Origin: Occultella glacieicola
GTDB lineage: Bacteria; Actinomycetota; Actinomycetes; Actinomycetales; Beutenbergiaceae
Direction of reading: 5' to 3'
DNA: 64,000 bases
NCBI RefSeq assembly: GCF_004353825.1
Contig: NZ_SMNA01000004.1
Location: 1 to 64,000, forward strand
Shown here: piece after piece, positions 26,870 to 36,452 of the stretch
How the letters are laid out: each line of letters opens with the position of its first letter
How positions within the stretch are numbered: the first letter of the stretch is position 1
Position numbers and translations under genes: made by a program
Notes under the pieces: model-generated
The model's input: the letters and a program-made list of their open reading frames with translations, nothing else
The model's database searches: none
Told to the model about the DNA's origin: nothing

Positions 26870-28972
26870 CGCCCGGAGCCGCTCACCGAGCGTGTCCCGC
26901 AGCAGCCGCAGCGGCGCGCGGTGTGCCATCGCCGGCAGGACCCACTGCCAGCCGCCGCGGCCCTCGTCGTAGACACGGCTCCGGAGCATTCGATCGGGAT
27001 CCACGAACTCCTCGCGCACCTGCACGAAGCGGACCCGTTCGTCGACGGCGGCCGCGAGCACCGCGAGGAAGGCGCCGCCGCCTTCCCCGTGCAGATGGAC
27101 GGGGCTGTTCACGTCCAGGCCGGGGTAGGTGCGGGCCAGGTGGGTGTCGGTGAGGAGCAGGTCGACGGCGCGGGTGACGTCGTGGACCCGGCCTGCGGTC
27201 AGGGAGTCGCCGAGCCAGAGCAGGTCGCAGAGGAGTTTGTAGGTCGAACTCGCCTGATCGGTGGGTGCCAGGCCGTCCTTGTCGTATGGCGTCAGAGCGC
27301 CGTGGCCGCGCACGTCGAGCGCGAGGACGAGGTCTCGTGGGTCGTCTCGTCGAGTGAGTGGGTGGTCGTCGGTCAGCCCCGCCGTGCCCTCCTCGAGCAA
27401 GAGGATGTGCACGGCGCGCGGACCGCCGGTCGGGCTCTGATCGGCGGACAGGAGGACCCCGGCGCCCCAGAGGTCGGTCTCCGCTCGCCACAGCCCGTGG
27501 GTGGTCCCGGACGGTCCGGGAAGCCAGCGGGCATGGGGTGCGCCGGCCGGTCGGCGACCGTCGTGGACGCGGTCCCGTAGCCAGGCCACCGCCGCATCCG
27601 GGGTCGGTTCGGGCAGCGCCTCGTAGGACGTCAGGTTCAGGTCGTACAGGAACCTGGTCTCCGGGTTGTCGAGGGCGACCTGGCCCGACGGCGTGCACGT
27701 GAGCCGGACGGGTTCGAACAGTTCGGGCTCGGCGACCGGGACGGACGCGGCTCCCAGGTCTGTCGCTGTGGCCGACGTGGCGGCGCCGGGCGTGGTCAGG
27801 GCGGTCTTGGCCGGCGGTGCGACTGCCGCGACCGCCGGGGGGCCTGCCGCCGCTTCGAGGACCCCACCGGCCGGCTCGGTCGTGGTCGGTGCGAGCGCCC
27901 AGCCGAAGAACTCGACCGCGGCGCGCGCGAGCTCCGGTGCGTACCGGTGGGTGCTGTGTGCGCGAGCGAGACGCAACGCGTCCGGTGCGCCGAGGACGTC
28001 GTAGGCGCGCTGTGCCGCGGCCACCGAGTCCAGCGTGCCCTCGATCGGGAAGAAGTCGAACTCGGCGGCGAGCACCGCCACCGGCCGGGGTGCCATGACC
28101 GCCAGGAGGTCGGCGTGGTCGACGCCGTTGCGGGTGCCACCGAGCAGAATCTGCTCGGCGTCCTGGCGCTGCCCGGACCACAGGTAGGAGCCCCGGCTGG
28201 TCAGGTAGGTGCCGACCGCGGCCGCCGCCAACCGCGGCTCGAGGGCGATCATCAGCGTGCACAGCATTCCGCCGCCGCTGTTGCCGGTGATGCCGATCCG
28301 AGCCGGGTCCACCTCGGGCAGATGGGTGAGCAGGTCGATCGCCCGGCGCGCGTCGTGCACGAAGTAGCGGGCCGGCGAGTCACCGAGCCACCAGGACTGG
28401 ATGCCGGCATAGGTATGTTCGGTGGTCCCACCGGCGACGAGCGGTTCGCCGTCGGCGTCGAGGTAGCCGAGCCGTTCCCCCTGTCCCCATGGGTCGATGG
28501 CCAGGACCACGAAGCCGGCATCCGCCAGTCGCCCGCACACCGCCTGGTACTCGGGATCGGCCTTCGCGAGCGGCGCGTGCCCGCAGACGAACAGGATCGC
28601 CGGTCCCGCGGCGGCGTCCCGGGCCGCACCGGTCGTGCCCGGGCGGTACAGGTTCGCCGTCACGGGTACGCCCGGCAGGGACTCCAGGATCAGGGTGTCG
28701 ACCGTGTGGTGGGCGGTCTCGAGTCGTTCACCCCAGGTCACCGGCGGGCAGGTGTCCTCGCCGCTCGTGGTCACCTCGCCGCCGATGCCGGCCGCCACCG
28801 CGGCTCGGGTCGCCGCCTGGTGCGCCCGGACCAGCTCCGGGGTGTCCGCCGCGAGCAGGTCCGCCCGGCCACGGGCCAGTTCCGCCTCCGTGCGGGCGGC
28901 CACGTGCCGGAGCAGGTCCTGCGAGACGTCCACGTAGCCGTCAAGATTGGCTCTGAAGCCGAGCGAGGGCAC
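26858..28972 (-). CDS. Alpha/beta hydrolase (acetyl xylan esterase-like, two domains)
   Basis: CGH, GQGER, nucleophile elbow GNSGGG; SD GAAGGAG before GTG 28972. Confidence 0.82.
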   Translation of the reverse strand: MPSLGFRANLDGYVDVSQDLLRHVAARTEAELARGRADLLAADTPELVRAHQAATRAAVAAGIGGEVTTSGEDTCPPVTWGERLETAHHTVDTLILESLPGVPVTANLYRPGTTGAARDAAAGPAILFVCGHAPLAKADPEYQAVCGRLADAGFVVLAIDPWGQGERLGYLDADGEPLVAGGTTEHTYAGIQSWWLGDSPARYFVHDARRAIDLLTHLPEVDPARIGITGNSGGGMLCTLMIALEPRLAAAAVGTYLTSRGSYLWSGQRQDAEQILLGGTRNGVDHADLLAVMAPRPVAVLAAEFDFFPIEGTLDSVAAAQRAYDVLGAPDALRLARAHSTHRYAPELARAAVEFFGWALAPTTTEPAGGVLEAAAGPPAVAAVAPPAKTALTTPGAATSATATDLGAASVPVAEPELFEPVRLTCTPSGQVALDNPETRFLYDLNLTSYEALPEPTPDAAVAWLRDRVHDGRRPAGAPHARWLPGPSGTTHGLWRAETDLWGAGVLLSADQSPTGGPRAVHILLLEEGTAGLTDDHPLTRRDDPRDLVLALDVRGHGALTPYDKDGLAPTDQASSTYKLLCDLLWLGDSLTAGRVHDVTRAVDLLLTDTHLARTYPGLDVNSPVHLHGEGGGAFLAVLAAAVDERVRFVQVREEFVDPDRMLRSRVYDEGRGGWQWVLPAMAHRAPLRLLRDTLGERLRASGR

Positions 28973-29085
28973 TGGCACTCCTTCGTGGGTGTCGCGAGGT
29001 GGCGCCCCGCGACGGTATCGTGGCCGGAATGAATGCGGTTGCTGCAATTGCAGGAGCCAGCCTACGACGATGTCAGGGAGATGTC

Positions 29086-30534
29086 ATGAGCACGCTCCGG
29101 GACCACCCGAGCGAATCCGGTGCGAGCGGCCGGCACCCGAACGCCGAGCGCGCCCGACGAGCCGACACCACGGACCCTGGCGAGGCCGACCGACCGCGGC
29201 GACGCTACGCCGTCGTCGGCCTGTCGAACCGCGGTGTGGCCAGCTTCGTGCGCCCGCTCCTGGGAGTCTCCGACTCCGGTGCCGGGGAGGACGCGACGCT
29301 CGGCTACGGCGCGGACGCCGACGACTTCTCCGGCCACGGAGAACTCGTCGCGGTCCTCGACGTCGACCGGGCCCGCGCGGGCGCGTTCGCCGCCACGATC
29401 CTGCCCCCGGGGCACCCCGACGTGCCCGCCTATGCACCCGAGCAGTACGGCGACCTGCTCCGCTGGACCCGGCCGGACGCCGTCATCGTCACCTCGCCCG
29501 ACCACACCCACGCCCGCTACATCGTGGAGGCGCTGAAGCACGGCGTCGATGTGATCTCGGAGAAGCCGATGGTCGCCACCGCCGCGGACGCCGCCCGGGT
29601 GCTCGAGGCCGAGCGCGAGTCGGCCGGCACGGTGCGGGTCACCCACAACCTCCGGTACACGTCCCGCCACCGGCAGATCAAGCGGATGGTCCTGGCCGGC
29701 GCGATCGGGCGCCCGCTGCACGTGAACCTCGACTACCACGTGGACATCCGGCACGGCGCGAGCTACTTCCTGCGCTGGAACCGCGAGCGGGCGAACTCGG
29801 GCGGACTGACCATCCACAAGTCCACGCACCACCTCGACCTGATCTCCTGGTGGCTCGCGGACGCCCCGAGCACCGTCTACGCCGTCGGGGGTCGCGACTA
29901 CTACGGCCCGGGCAGCCCGCACCGTCCGGACGCGGCGAGCCCGGCGCAGGTGCGCGAGCGTGACCCGTACTACCAGGCCCAGCGCGGCAGCGGCACGTTC
30001 CCCGACGGGGCCGGGGAGACCCGGCGCGGCCTGTTCGACCTGCCCTACGAGGTGCAGTACCCGGCCGGGCGCGACCTCTACCTCTACGACGACGAGATCG
30101 ACATCGAGGACCACGTCGCCGCCCTCCTGACGTTCGAGCGCGGCGCGACCGCGGCGTACGCCGTCGACTTCTCCTCACCGTGGGAGGGGTACCGGGCCAC
30201 GCTCACCGGCACGCACGGAACCATCGAGATGTTCACCGGGCGCACGCCCGACGGCGAGGCGTTGCCCGGGTCCGGGCAGGTGGTGCACCGTCCGCTGTTC
30301 GGGCCGGCCGAGGTGATCGACATCGAGAGCGTGTCCGGCGGGCACGACGGCGCGGACCCGCTGATGCGACGGGATCTCTTCGTCGGACCGGATGCCGAGT
30401 CCGTCGCCCTCGGCCTGGGCGCCTCGGCCCGGGAGGGGGCGCTCGCGGTGGCTGCGGGGGAGGCGATCTGGCGGTCGATCGGGGAGGGTCGGATCCTCTC
30501 GATCGCGGAACTGTTGAATGGCGAGTATTCCTAG
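29086..30534 (+). CDS. Gfo/Idh/MocA oxidoreductase (YteT-like)
   Basis: SEKPM, HGASYFLRWNR, HKSTHHLD, GGHDGAD. Confidence 0.9.
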   Translation: MSTLRDHPSESGASGRHPNAERARRADTTDPGEADRPRRRYAVVGLSNRGVASFVRPLLGVSDSGAGEDATLGYGADADDFSGHGELVAVLDVDRARAGAFAATILPPGHPDVPAYAPEQYGDLLRWTRPDAVIVTSPDHTHARYIVEALKHGVDVISEKPMVATAADAARVLEAERESAGTVRVTHNLRYTSRHRQIKRMVLAGAIGRPLHVNLDYHVDIRHGASYFLRWNRERANSGGLTIHKSTHHLDLISWWLADAPSTVYAVGGRDYYGPGSPHRPDAASPAQVRERDPYYQAQRGSGTFPDGAGETRRGLFDLPYEVQYPAGRDLYLYDDEIDIEDHVAALLTFERGATAAYAVDFSSPWEGYRATLTGTHGTIEMFTGRTPDGEALPGSGQVVHRPLFGPAEVIDIESVSGGHDGADPLMRRDLFVGPDAESVALGLGASAREGALAVAAGEAIWRSIGEGRILSIAELLNGEYS

Positions 30535-30567
30535 TTCCTTGACAAGGTGAACAAACGGGGTCACGAT
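30532..30567 (+). promoter_or_regulatory. SigA promoter TTGACA-N17-CACGAT overlapped by a palindromic ROK-type operator
   Basis: GTTC-CTTGACAAGGT-GAAC; the -10 lies 6 nt before GTG 30574. Confidence 0.6.
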
Positions 30568-30573
30568 GGCTTC

Positions 30574-31770
30574 GTGCACCGCAGCACCGAGATCACCTCG
30601 TTCGCGAGCCTGCGGCCCTCGACCAGGGCCGTGGTGCGCGAACTCCTGCGCGTCGGGCCGCTGTCCCGGGCGGAGTTGGCGCGGCGCCTCGACCTCTCCC
30701 CGGCGAGCCTCACGAAGCTCACCAGACCGCTGGTGAACTCCGGTCTGGTTCGGGAGGAATCCGCGCCATCCGCCCGACCGGGCCGCCCGGGGGCGCCGCT
30801 CGTGATGGACGTCGCACGGCACCGCTTCCTCGGCATCAAGATCACCGGTGACGAACTGTGGGCGGTCGCCACGGACGCCGGCGGGGCCGTGCAGAAGGCG
30901 GTGCACCGGGCGTTGCTCGGCACGGACGTCGAGACCGTGACCGGTCAGATAGTTGAAGTGATGAACGAACTCGACCCGGACGGTAGCGCTCAGGCCCTCG
31001 GCGTCGGGCTGGCGGGCCGGATGCTGCACTTCGACGACACGGTCCGGGACAACGGCTACCTGGGCTGGGACGACGTCCCGCTCGCACGCATGATCACCGA
31101 CGCCACCGGCGTCCCGACGGTACTCAGCGGGGACGCTCGCGCGCTCACCGCCGGGGTCCAGTGGTCCGGGCCCGGCCGCGGCTACGACGACTTCGCCGTG
31201 GTCACCATCGGCGTCGGGATCGGCGTCGGTCTGGTCCTCGGCGGCCAGGTCCGCGCGGGTGGGCACGGCACCGCCGGCCACGTCGGGCACACCCCGATCA
31301 CCGAGTCCGGACCACTCTGCGAGCTCGGCCACCGCGGCTGTGCCGCCGCCGTGCTGAACGCCGCCGCGATCACCGGCGCCGTCGGCGTGCCACACGGGCG
31401 CGCCGACCTGGACCTGGCCGACGTGGTCGCGCTCGCGGACGCCGGCGACCCGGCCGCCGTGCGCGCGCTGGAGGACGCCGGCCGGGCGCTCGGCACCCTG
31501 ATCGCGGTCATCGTCAACCTGCTCGACCTGCCCGCCGTGATCCTCGCCGGCGACGGTCTCGGCATCATGCCTACCGCCCGGCCCGCGATGGCCGCCGCGC
31601 TCGCCGAGCACCTCGACCCCGGCACCCGCGCCCCGCGCGTCGAGGAGTTCGACTCGACCTTCGACGAGTGGGCCCGCGGCGCCGCGGTCGTCGCCTGCCA
31701 ATGGGTGCTCGCCGCACCCGAGACCATCGGCACCCACCGACCGAGCCAACGAACGCCGTCGGGCGTCTGA
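30574..31770 (+). CDS. ROK-family transcriptional regulator
   Basis: GPLSRAELARRLDLSPASLT HTH; GIGVGLV; GHVGH; CELGHRGC. Confidence 0.93.
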   Translation: MHRSTEITSFASLRPSTRAVVRELLRVGPLSRAELARRLDLSPASLTKLTRPLVNSGLVREESAPSARPGRPGAPLVMDVARHRFLGIKITGDELWAVATDAGGAVQKAVHRALLGTDVETVTGQIVEVMNELDPDGSAQALGVGLAGRMLHFDDTVRDNGYLGWDDVPLARMITDATGVPTVLSGDARALTAGVQWSGPGRGYDDFAVVTIGVGIGVGLVLGGQVRAGGHGTAGHVGHTPITESGPLCELGHRGCAAAVLNAAAITGAVGVPHGRADLDLADVVALADAGDPAAVRALEDAGRALGTLIAVIVNLLDLPAVILAGDGLGIMPTARPAMAAALAEHLDPGTRAPRVEEFDSTFDEWARGAAVVACQWVLAAPETIGTHRPSQRTPSGV

Positions 31771-31849
31771 GCAGAGCGACTCGGCGCCCGCCCGCATGAC
31801 CCGACGAAGCACCGACAACCCACCACCCGACCCCCGATCAGGAGCACCA

Positions 31850-33091
31850 GTGACCACGTTCCCACCCGAACCGCAGAGCCCCCTCGACCCCGACGCCGGC
31901 ACATTCAGCATCGGCATCGTCGGAGCCGGCCAGTTCTCCAAGAGCTTCGCGACCCTCTGGGACCTGCACCCGAACGTCAGCCGCCTCGTCGTGACCGACC
32001 TGGTGCCCGAGCGGGCCGAGCAGCTCGCCGCACGCTACGAGGGCGCCACCACGGTCGCGAGCTTCGAGGAGATGCTCGCCGGCGACGTCGACGCCGTCGC
32101 GATCTTCACCCAGCGCTGGACCCACGCCCCGCTCGTGCTCGCGGCCCTGGCCGCGGGCAAGCACGTCTACTCCGCGGTGCCGATGGCCACCGAGATCACC
32201 GACCTCGACGCGATCATCGCCGAGACCGAGCGCACCGGCCTGACCTACATGATGGGTGAGACCAGCTACTACAACCCGGCCACCGTGCACCTGCGGAACA
32301 AGATCGCCGAGGGCGCACTCGGGCAGGTGTTCTACTCCGAGGGCGACTACGTCCACGACATGGACCTGGGCTTCTACGCCGCGTACCAGTACAGCGGGGG
32401 CGAGGACTGGAAGGCGACGGCGAGCTACCCGCCGATGCTGTACCCGACGCACGCCGTCGGTGGGGTCCTCGGTGCGCTGCCCACGCAGGCGGTGAGCGTC
32501 AGCTGCCTCGGCGTGGAGGACCGCCGCGGCGACGGCGTCTTCGACCGGGAGGTCAGCCAGTTCGGCAACAGCTTCTCCAACGCCACCGCGCTGTTCGAGC
32601 TCTCCGACGGCGGCACCATGCGCACGAACGAGATGCGCCGGGTCGGCTACCCCTCGCACATCCGCGAGTCCCGGTTCCGGTTCTTCGGCACCGAGGCCAG
32701 CTTCGAGCAGCTCGCCCACCAGAGCGTGTGGAACGACAAGTCCGAGTCCATCGACATCTCCGAGCAGTTCGTGCCGCTGCGCAGCGACACGAACGGTGAG
32801 GAACTGGCGGACGTCGACCCGGCGCTGCGGGAGGCGTTCACCTCCGGCTCCGCCCCGGTGCACGACCGCAGCCGGCTCCCGGCCGTCTACGCCGACGCCC
32901 CGAACGGGCACGAGGGCGCGCACCACTACCTCGCCGACGACTTCGTGCGCGCCGTCGTGACCGGCGTGGCGCCTCCGGTGGATGCCCGCCGGGCTGCCAT
33001 GTTCACCGCCCCCGGGATCGTGGCGCACGCCTCCGCGCTCGCCGGCGGGCAGCGGCTGCCGATCCCCGACTACGCCCACCCGACCGCCTGA
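31850..33091 (+). CDS. Gfo/Idh/MocA oxidoreductase
   Basis: IGIVGAGQF, GKHVYSAVP, GETSYY, NGHEGAH. Confidence 0.92.
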   Translation: MTTFPPEPQSPLDPDAGTFSIGIVGAGQFSKSFATLWDLHPNVSRLVVTDLVPERAEQLAARYEGATTVASFEEMLAGDVDAVAIFTQRWTHAPLVLAALAAGKHVYSAVPMATEITDLDAIIAETERTGLTYMMGETSYYNPATVHLRNKIAEGALGQVFYSEGDYVHDMDLGFYAAYQYSGGEDWKATASYPPMLYPTHAVGGVLGALPTQAVSVSCLGVEDRRGDGVFDREVSQFGNSFSNATALFELSDGGTMRTNEMRRVGYPSHIRESRFRFFGTEASFEQLAHQSVWNDKSESIDISEQFVPLRSDTNGEELADVDPALREAFTSGSAPVHDRSRLPAVYADAPNGHEGAHHYLADDFVRAVVTGVAPPVDARRAAMFTAPGIVAHASALAGGQRLPIPDYAHPTA

Positions 33092-33118
33092 ACCCGAGCA
33101 CCACCCGCCACACCTGAA

Positions 33119-33154
33119 ACGCCTGCAACCACGCCTGCAACGACGCCTGCAACG
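33119..33154 (+). repeat. 12-bp tandem repeat ACGCCTGCAAC(C/G), three copies
   Basis: Directly upstream of the SD of the permease gene. Confidence 0.85.
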
Positions 33155-33170
33155 ACGCAAGGAGTAGACC

Positions 33171-34085
33171 ATGGCCCTGGCAACCACCACCCGCGCCGGA
33201 CGGGAGGGACGCCGTCGGCGGCGGGACGACACCCGGCTCGCGCTGGCCTTCATCCTCCCGGCCACGATCGGTCTGGTCATGTTCTACTTCTGGCCGCTGC
33301 TGCGCGGCATCTACCTGAGCTTCACGTCCTGGGACCTGCTCAGTCCGGTCGAGTTCATCGGCGGCGACAACTACGTGCGGATGGTCTCCGACCCGGTGTT
33401 CTGGAACGCTGTGCGGGTCACGATCCAGTACGTCGTCATCAACATCGGCGTGCAGACGGTCGTGGCGCTGCTCCTGGCCGTGCTGATGCAGCGACTCAGC
33501 CAGTCCACCCTGATGCGTGGCCTGGTGCTGACGCCGTACCTGGTCTCGAACGTGGTCGCGGCGCTGGTGTTCCTGTGGATCCTCGACTTCCAGCTCGGCA
33601 TCGGCAACCAGCTCCTGGAGTGGATCGGGCTGGACCGGATCGGGTTCTTCACCACCGAGGCCTGGGCGATCCCGACCATCGCGCTGGTGAACGTGTGGCG
33701 GCACATGGGCTACACGGCGCTGCTGATCTTCGCCGGCCTGCAGACCATCCCGCCGACCATGTACGAGGCCGGCCGGATCGACGGGGCGTCCGAGACCCGG
33801 ATGTTCTTCGGGATCACCCTGCCGCTGCTGCGCCCGATCCTCGGCCTGGTCCTGATCGTCTCGGTGATCGGGTCGTTCCAGGTGTTCGACACCGTGGCCG
33901 TGACCACCAGCGGCGGGCCGGTGGACGCCAGCCGGGTGCTGCAGGTCTACATCTACGACAAGGCGTTCGCGCAGTTCGACTTCGGCTACGCGTCCGCCCT
34001 CAGCGTGGCGCTGCTGATCATCCTGATGGTCGTCACGTTCCTCCAGTACCGCATCACGCGTGCGGGCCAGACGGACCTGAGCTGA
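33171..34085 (+). CDS. Carbohydrate ABC permease
   Basis: YEAGRIDGA EAA loop; FGYASA. Confidence 0.95.
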   Translation: MALATTTRAGREGRRRRRDDTRLALAFILPATIGLVMFYFWPLLRGIYLSFTSWDLLSPVEFIGGDNYVRMVSDPVFWNAVRVTIQYVVINIGVQTVVALLLAVLMQRLSQSTLMRGLVLTPYLVSNVVAALVFLWILDFQLGIGNQLLEWIGLDRIGFFTTEAWAIPTIALVNVWRHMGYTALLIFAGLQTIPPTMYEAGRIDGASETRMFFGITLPLLRPILGLVLIVSVIGSFQVFDTVAVTTSGGPVDASRVLQVYIYDKAFAQFDFGYASALSVALLIILMVVTFLQYRITRAGQTDLS

Positions 34086-34095
34086 GGAGCCGACC

Positions 34096-35049
34096 ATGAC
34101 CGGAATGACCGCAACGACCGGCCTCGATCCCGTCCAGGACGAGGTCCGCACCACCCCGGAGCCGCGACGCCGGCCCCGCCCGACCGTCGGGAAGGTGGTG
34201 GCCTGGGTGGTGATGATCGTCCTGCTGCTGATCACCCTGTTCCCCTTCTACTGGATGCTGCGCACCGCACTGTCCAGCAACAGCGCCCTGTACGCGAACG
34301 CCACCTCGCTGCTCCCGGTGGACTTCAGCTGGGGCGGCTTCGAGCGGGTCTTCGGCCTGCAGACCACCGAGGAGGCGATCGCCCAGGGCGGTTCGGGAGC
34401 CTCGATCGACTTCTGGCTCTACCTGCGCAACTCGGTGATCGTGGCGACCGTGGTCACCGCCTGCCAGGTGTTCTTCTCCGCGATGGCCGCCTACGCGTTC
34501 TCGCGGCTGCACTGGAAGGGCCGGAACACCGTGTTCAGCGTGTTCCTGCTGTCCCTGATGGTCCCGGTGATCTTCACCCTGCTGCCGAACTTCGTGCTCA
34601 TCCGTGATCTCGGCCTGATCGACACCCTGTTCGGCATCATGCTGCCGGGCCTGTTCATGACCCCGTTCGCGATCTTCTTCCTGCGGCAGTTCTTCATGAA
34701 CATCTCCACCGAGGTGGAGGAGGCGGCACTGATCGACGGCGCCAGCAAGGTCAGGGTGTTCTTCTCGCTGATCATCCCGATGTCCGTCGGGCCGATCGCG
34801 ACCATCTCGATCCTGACCTACATCGGCTCGTGGAACGACTACTTCTGGCCGTTGATGGTTTCCTACACCGACGAGTCCCGGGTGCTGACCGTGGCCCTGG
34901 GCAACTTCAACGCCCAGACGCCGCAGACCGGGCCGGACTGGTCCGGCCTGATGGCCGCGACCCTGGTGGCGGCGCTGCCGATGATCGCGCTGTTCCTGGT
35001 GTTCGCGAAACGGATCGTCAACTCCATCGGCTTCAGTGGGATCAAGTGA
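34096..35049 (+). CDS. Carbohydrate ABC permease
   Basis: EEAALIDGAS; WNDYFWPL. Confidence 0.95.
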   Translation: MTGMTATTGLDPVQDEVRTTPEPRRRPRPTVGKVVAWVVMIVLLLITLFPFYWMLRTALSSNSALYANATSLLPVDFSWGGFERVFGLQTTEEAIAQGGSGASIDFWLYLRNSVIVATVVTACQVFFSAMAAYAFSRLHWKGRNTVFSVFLLSLMVPVIFTLLPNFVLIRDLGLIDTLFGIMLPGLFMTPFAIFFLRQFFMNISTEVEEAALIDGASKVRVFFSLIIPMSVGPIATISILTYIGSWNDYFWPLMVSYTDESRVLTVALGNFNAQTPQTGPDWSGLMAATLVAALPMIALFLVFAKRIVNSIGFSGIK

Positions 35050-35060
35050 GGCGGCACATC

Positions 35061-36440
35061 ATGAACAGGACACATTCCCGACGGCGGGGGCTCGCCCCGC
35101 GCGTCGCGCGGACGTCGGCGGCACTCGCCGCCGCGGCGCTGGTGGCGGCCGGGTGCTCCGGCCCGGCCGAGGGCGACGGCGGTGGCACCGCCATCGACTA
35201 CTGGCTCTGGGACGCCAATCAGCTTCCGGCCTACCAACGGTGCGCGGAGGCGTTCGAGGAGCAGAACCCGGATCTGCAGGTGCGGATCAGCCAGTACGGC
35301 TGGGACGACTACTGGAGCAAGCTCACCGCGGGCTTCGTGGCCGGTGCCGGACCGGACGTGTTCACCGACCACCTGACCCGGTACCCGGAGTTCGCCCAGC
35401 GTGACCTGCTGGTGGACCTGTCCACCCTGGAGGCCACCGCCGACACCGACCCGGGCGGCTTCCAGGCCGGCCTCACGGACCTCTGGACCGGTCAGGACGA
35501 CGGGCTGTACGGCATGCCGAAGGACTTCGACACGATCGCGCTGTTCTACGACCGGAACCTGGTCGAGGAGGCCGGCCTGAGCCCCGAGGATCTCGACGGG
35601 CTGGACTGGAATCCCGAGGACGGCGGCTCCTTCGAGGAGGTGATCGCGCACCTGAGCGTCGATGAGGCCGGGGTGCGTGGCGACGAGGAGGGCTTCGACG
35701 CCGGTAACGTGGCCGTCTACGGGATGGCCTCGAACGGGTCCGGCGGCACCGACGGGCAGACCCAGTGGTCCTGGCTGGCCGCCTCGACCGGCTGGAACTA
35801 CACCAACGCCGATGTCTGGGGTACCGAGTACCACTTCGACGACCCCCGGGTCCAGGACTCCCTGGCCTGGCTGTTCGGGCTCGTGGACAAGGGCTTCATG
35901 GCCCCGTTCGAGGAGGTCGGAACCGCGCCGAACCCGCAGCAGGCCCTCGGCTCCGGCCGGGCGGCGCTCTCCGCGAACGGGTCCTGGATGCTCGGGACCT
36001 ACGCGAACCTCGAGGGCATCGATCTCGGCATCGCGTCGCTGCCGAGCGGGCCGGTGGGGCATCCGGTCTCGATGTACAACGGGCTCGGGGACTCGATCAG
36101 CGCCCAGTCCCCGGACCCGGAGGAGGCGGCCCGCTGGGTCGCATTCCTCGGGTCGGACGACTGCCAGCGGCTGGTCGGTGAGGCGGGTGTGGTGTTCCCG
36201 GCCCGGCCGGCCGGCACCGAGGCGGCGATCGAGGCGTTCGCCGACCGCGGTCTGGACGTCTCGCCGTTCACGGACCTGGTGGACAACGGGTACACGGTGT
36301 TCTTCCCGGTGACCGACAACTACGGCGAGATCTCCGCCCTGGTGACCCCGATCATGGACGAGATCTACATCGGGAGCCGGGACGTGGGCACGCTCACCGA
36401 GGTGAACGAACAGGTGAACTCGATCCTCGGCGGGGGATAG
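35061..36440 (+). CDS. Sugar ABC substrate-binding lipoprotein
   Basis: AAGC lipobox; WDDYWSKL...GPDVF; YGMPKD. Confidence 0.93.
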   Translation: MNRTHSRRRGLAPRVARTSAALAAAALVAAGCSGPAEGDGGGTAIDYWLWDANQLPAYQRCAEAFEEQNPDLQVRISQYGWDDYWSKLTAGFVAGAGPDVFTDHLTRYPEFAQRDLLVDLSTLEATADTDPGGFQAGLTDLWTGQDDGLYGMPKDFDTIALFYDRNLVEEAGLSPEDLDGLDWNPEDGGSFEEVIAHLSVDEAGVRGDEEGFDAGNVAVYGMASNGSGGTDGQTQWSWLAASTGWNYTNADVWGTEYHFDDPRVQDSLAWLFGLVDKGFMAPFEEVGTAPNPQQALGSGRAALSANGSWMLGTYANLEGIDLGIASLPSGPVGHPVSMYNGLGDSISAQSPDPEEAARWVAFLGSDDCQRLVGEAGVVFPARPAGTEAAIEAFADRGLDVSPFTDLVDNGYTVFFPVTDNYGEISALVTPIMDEIYIGSRDVGTLTEVNEQVNSILGGG

Positions 36441-36452
36441 CGCGCCCCGCGC

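Noticed and set aside
33119..33154. Short tandem repeats here, at 13846-13900 and at about 4791-4816 as a possible CRISPR array
   Set aside because: No spacers, units too short, and no cas genes.
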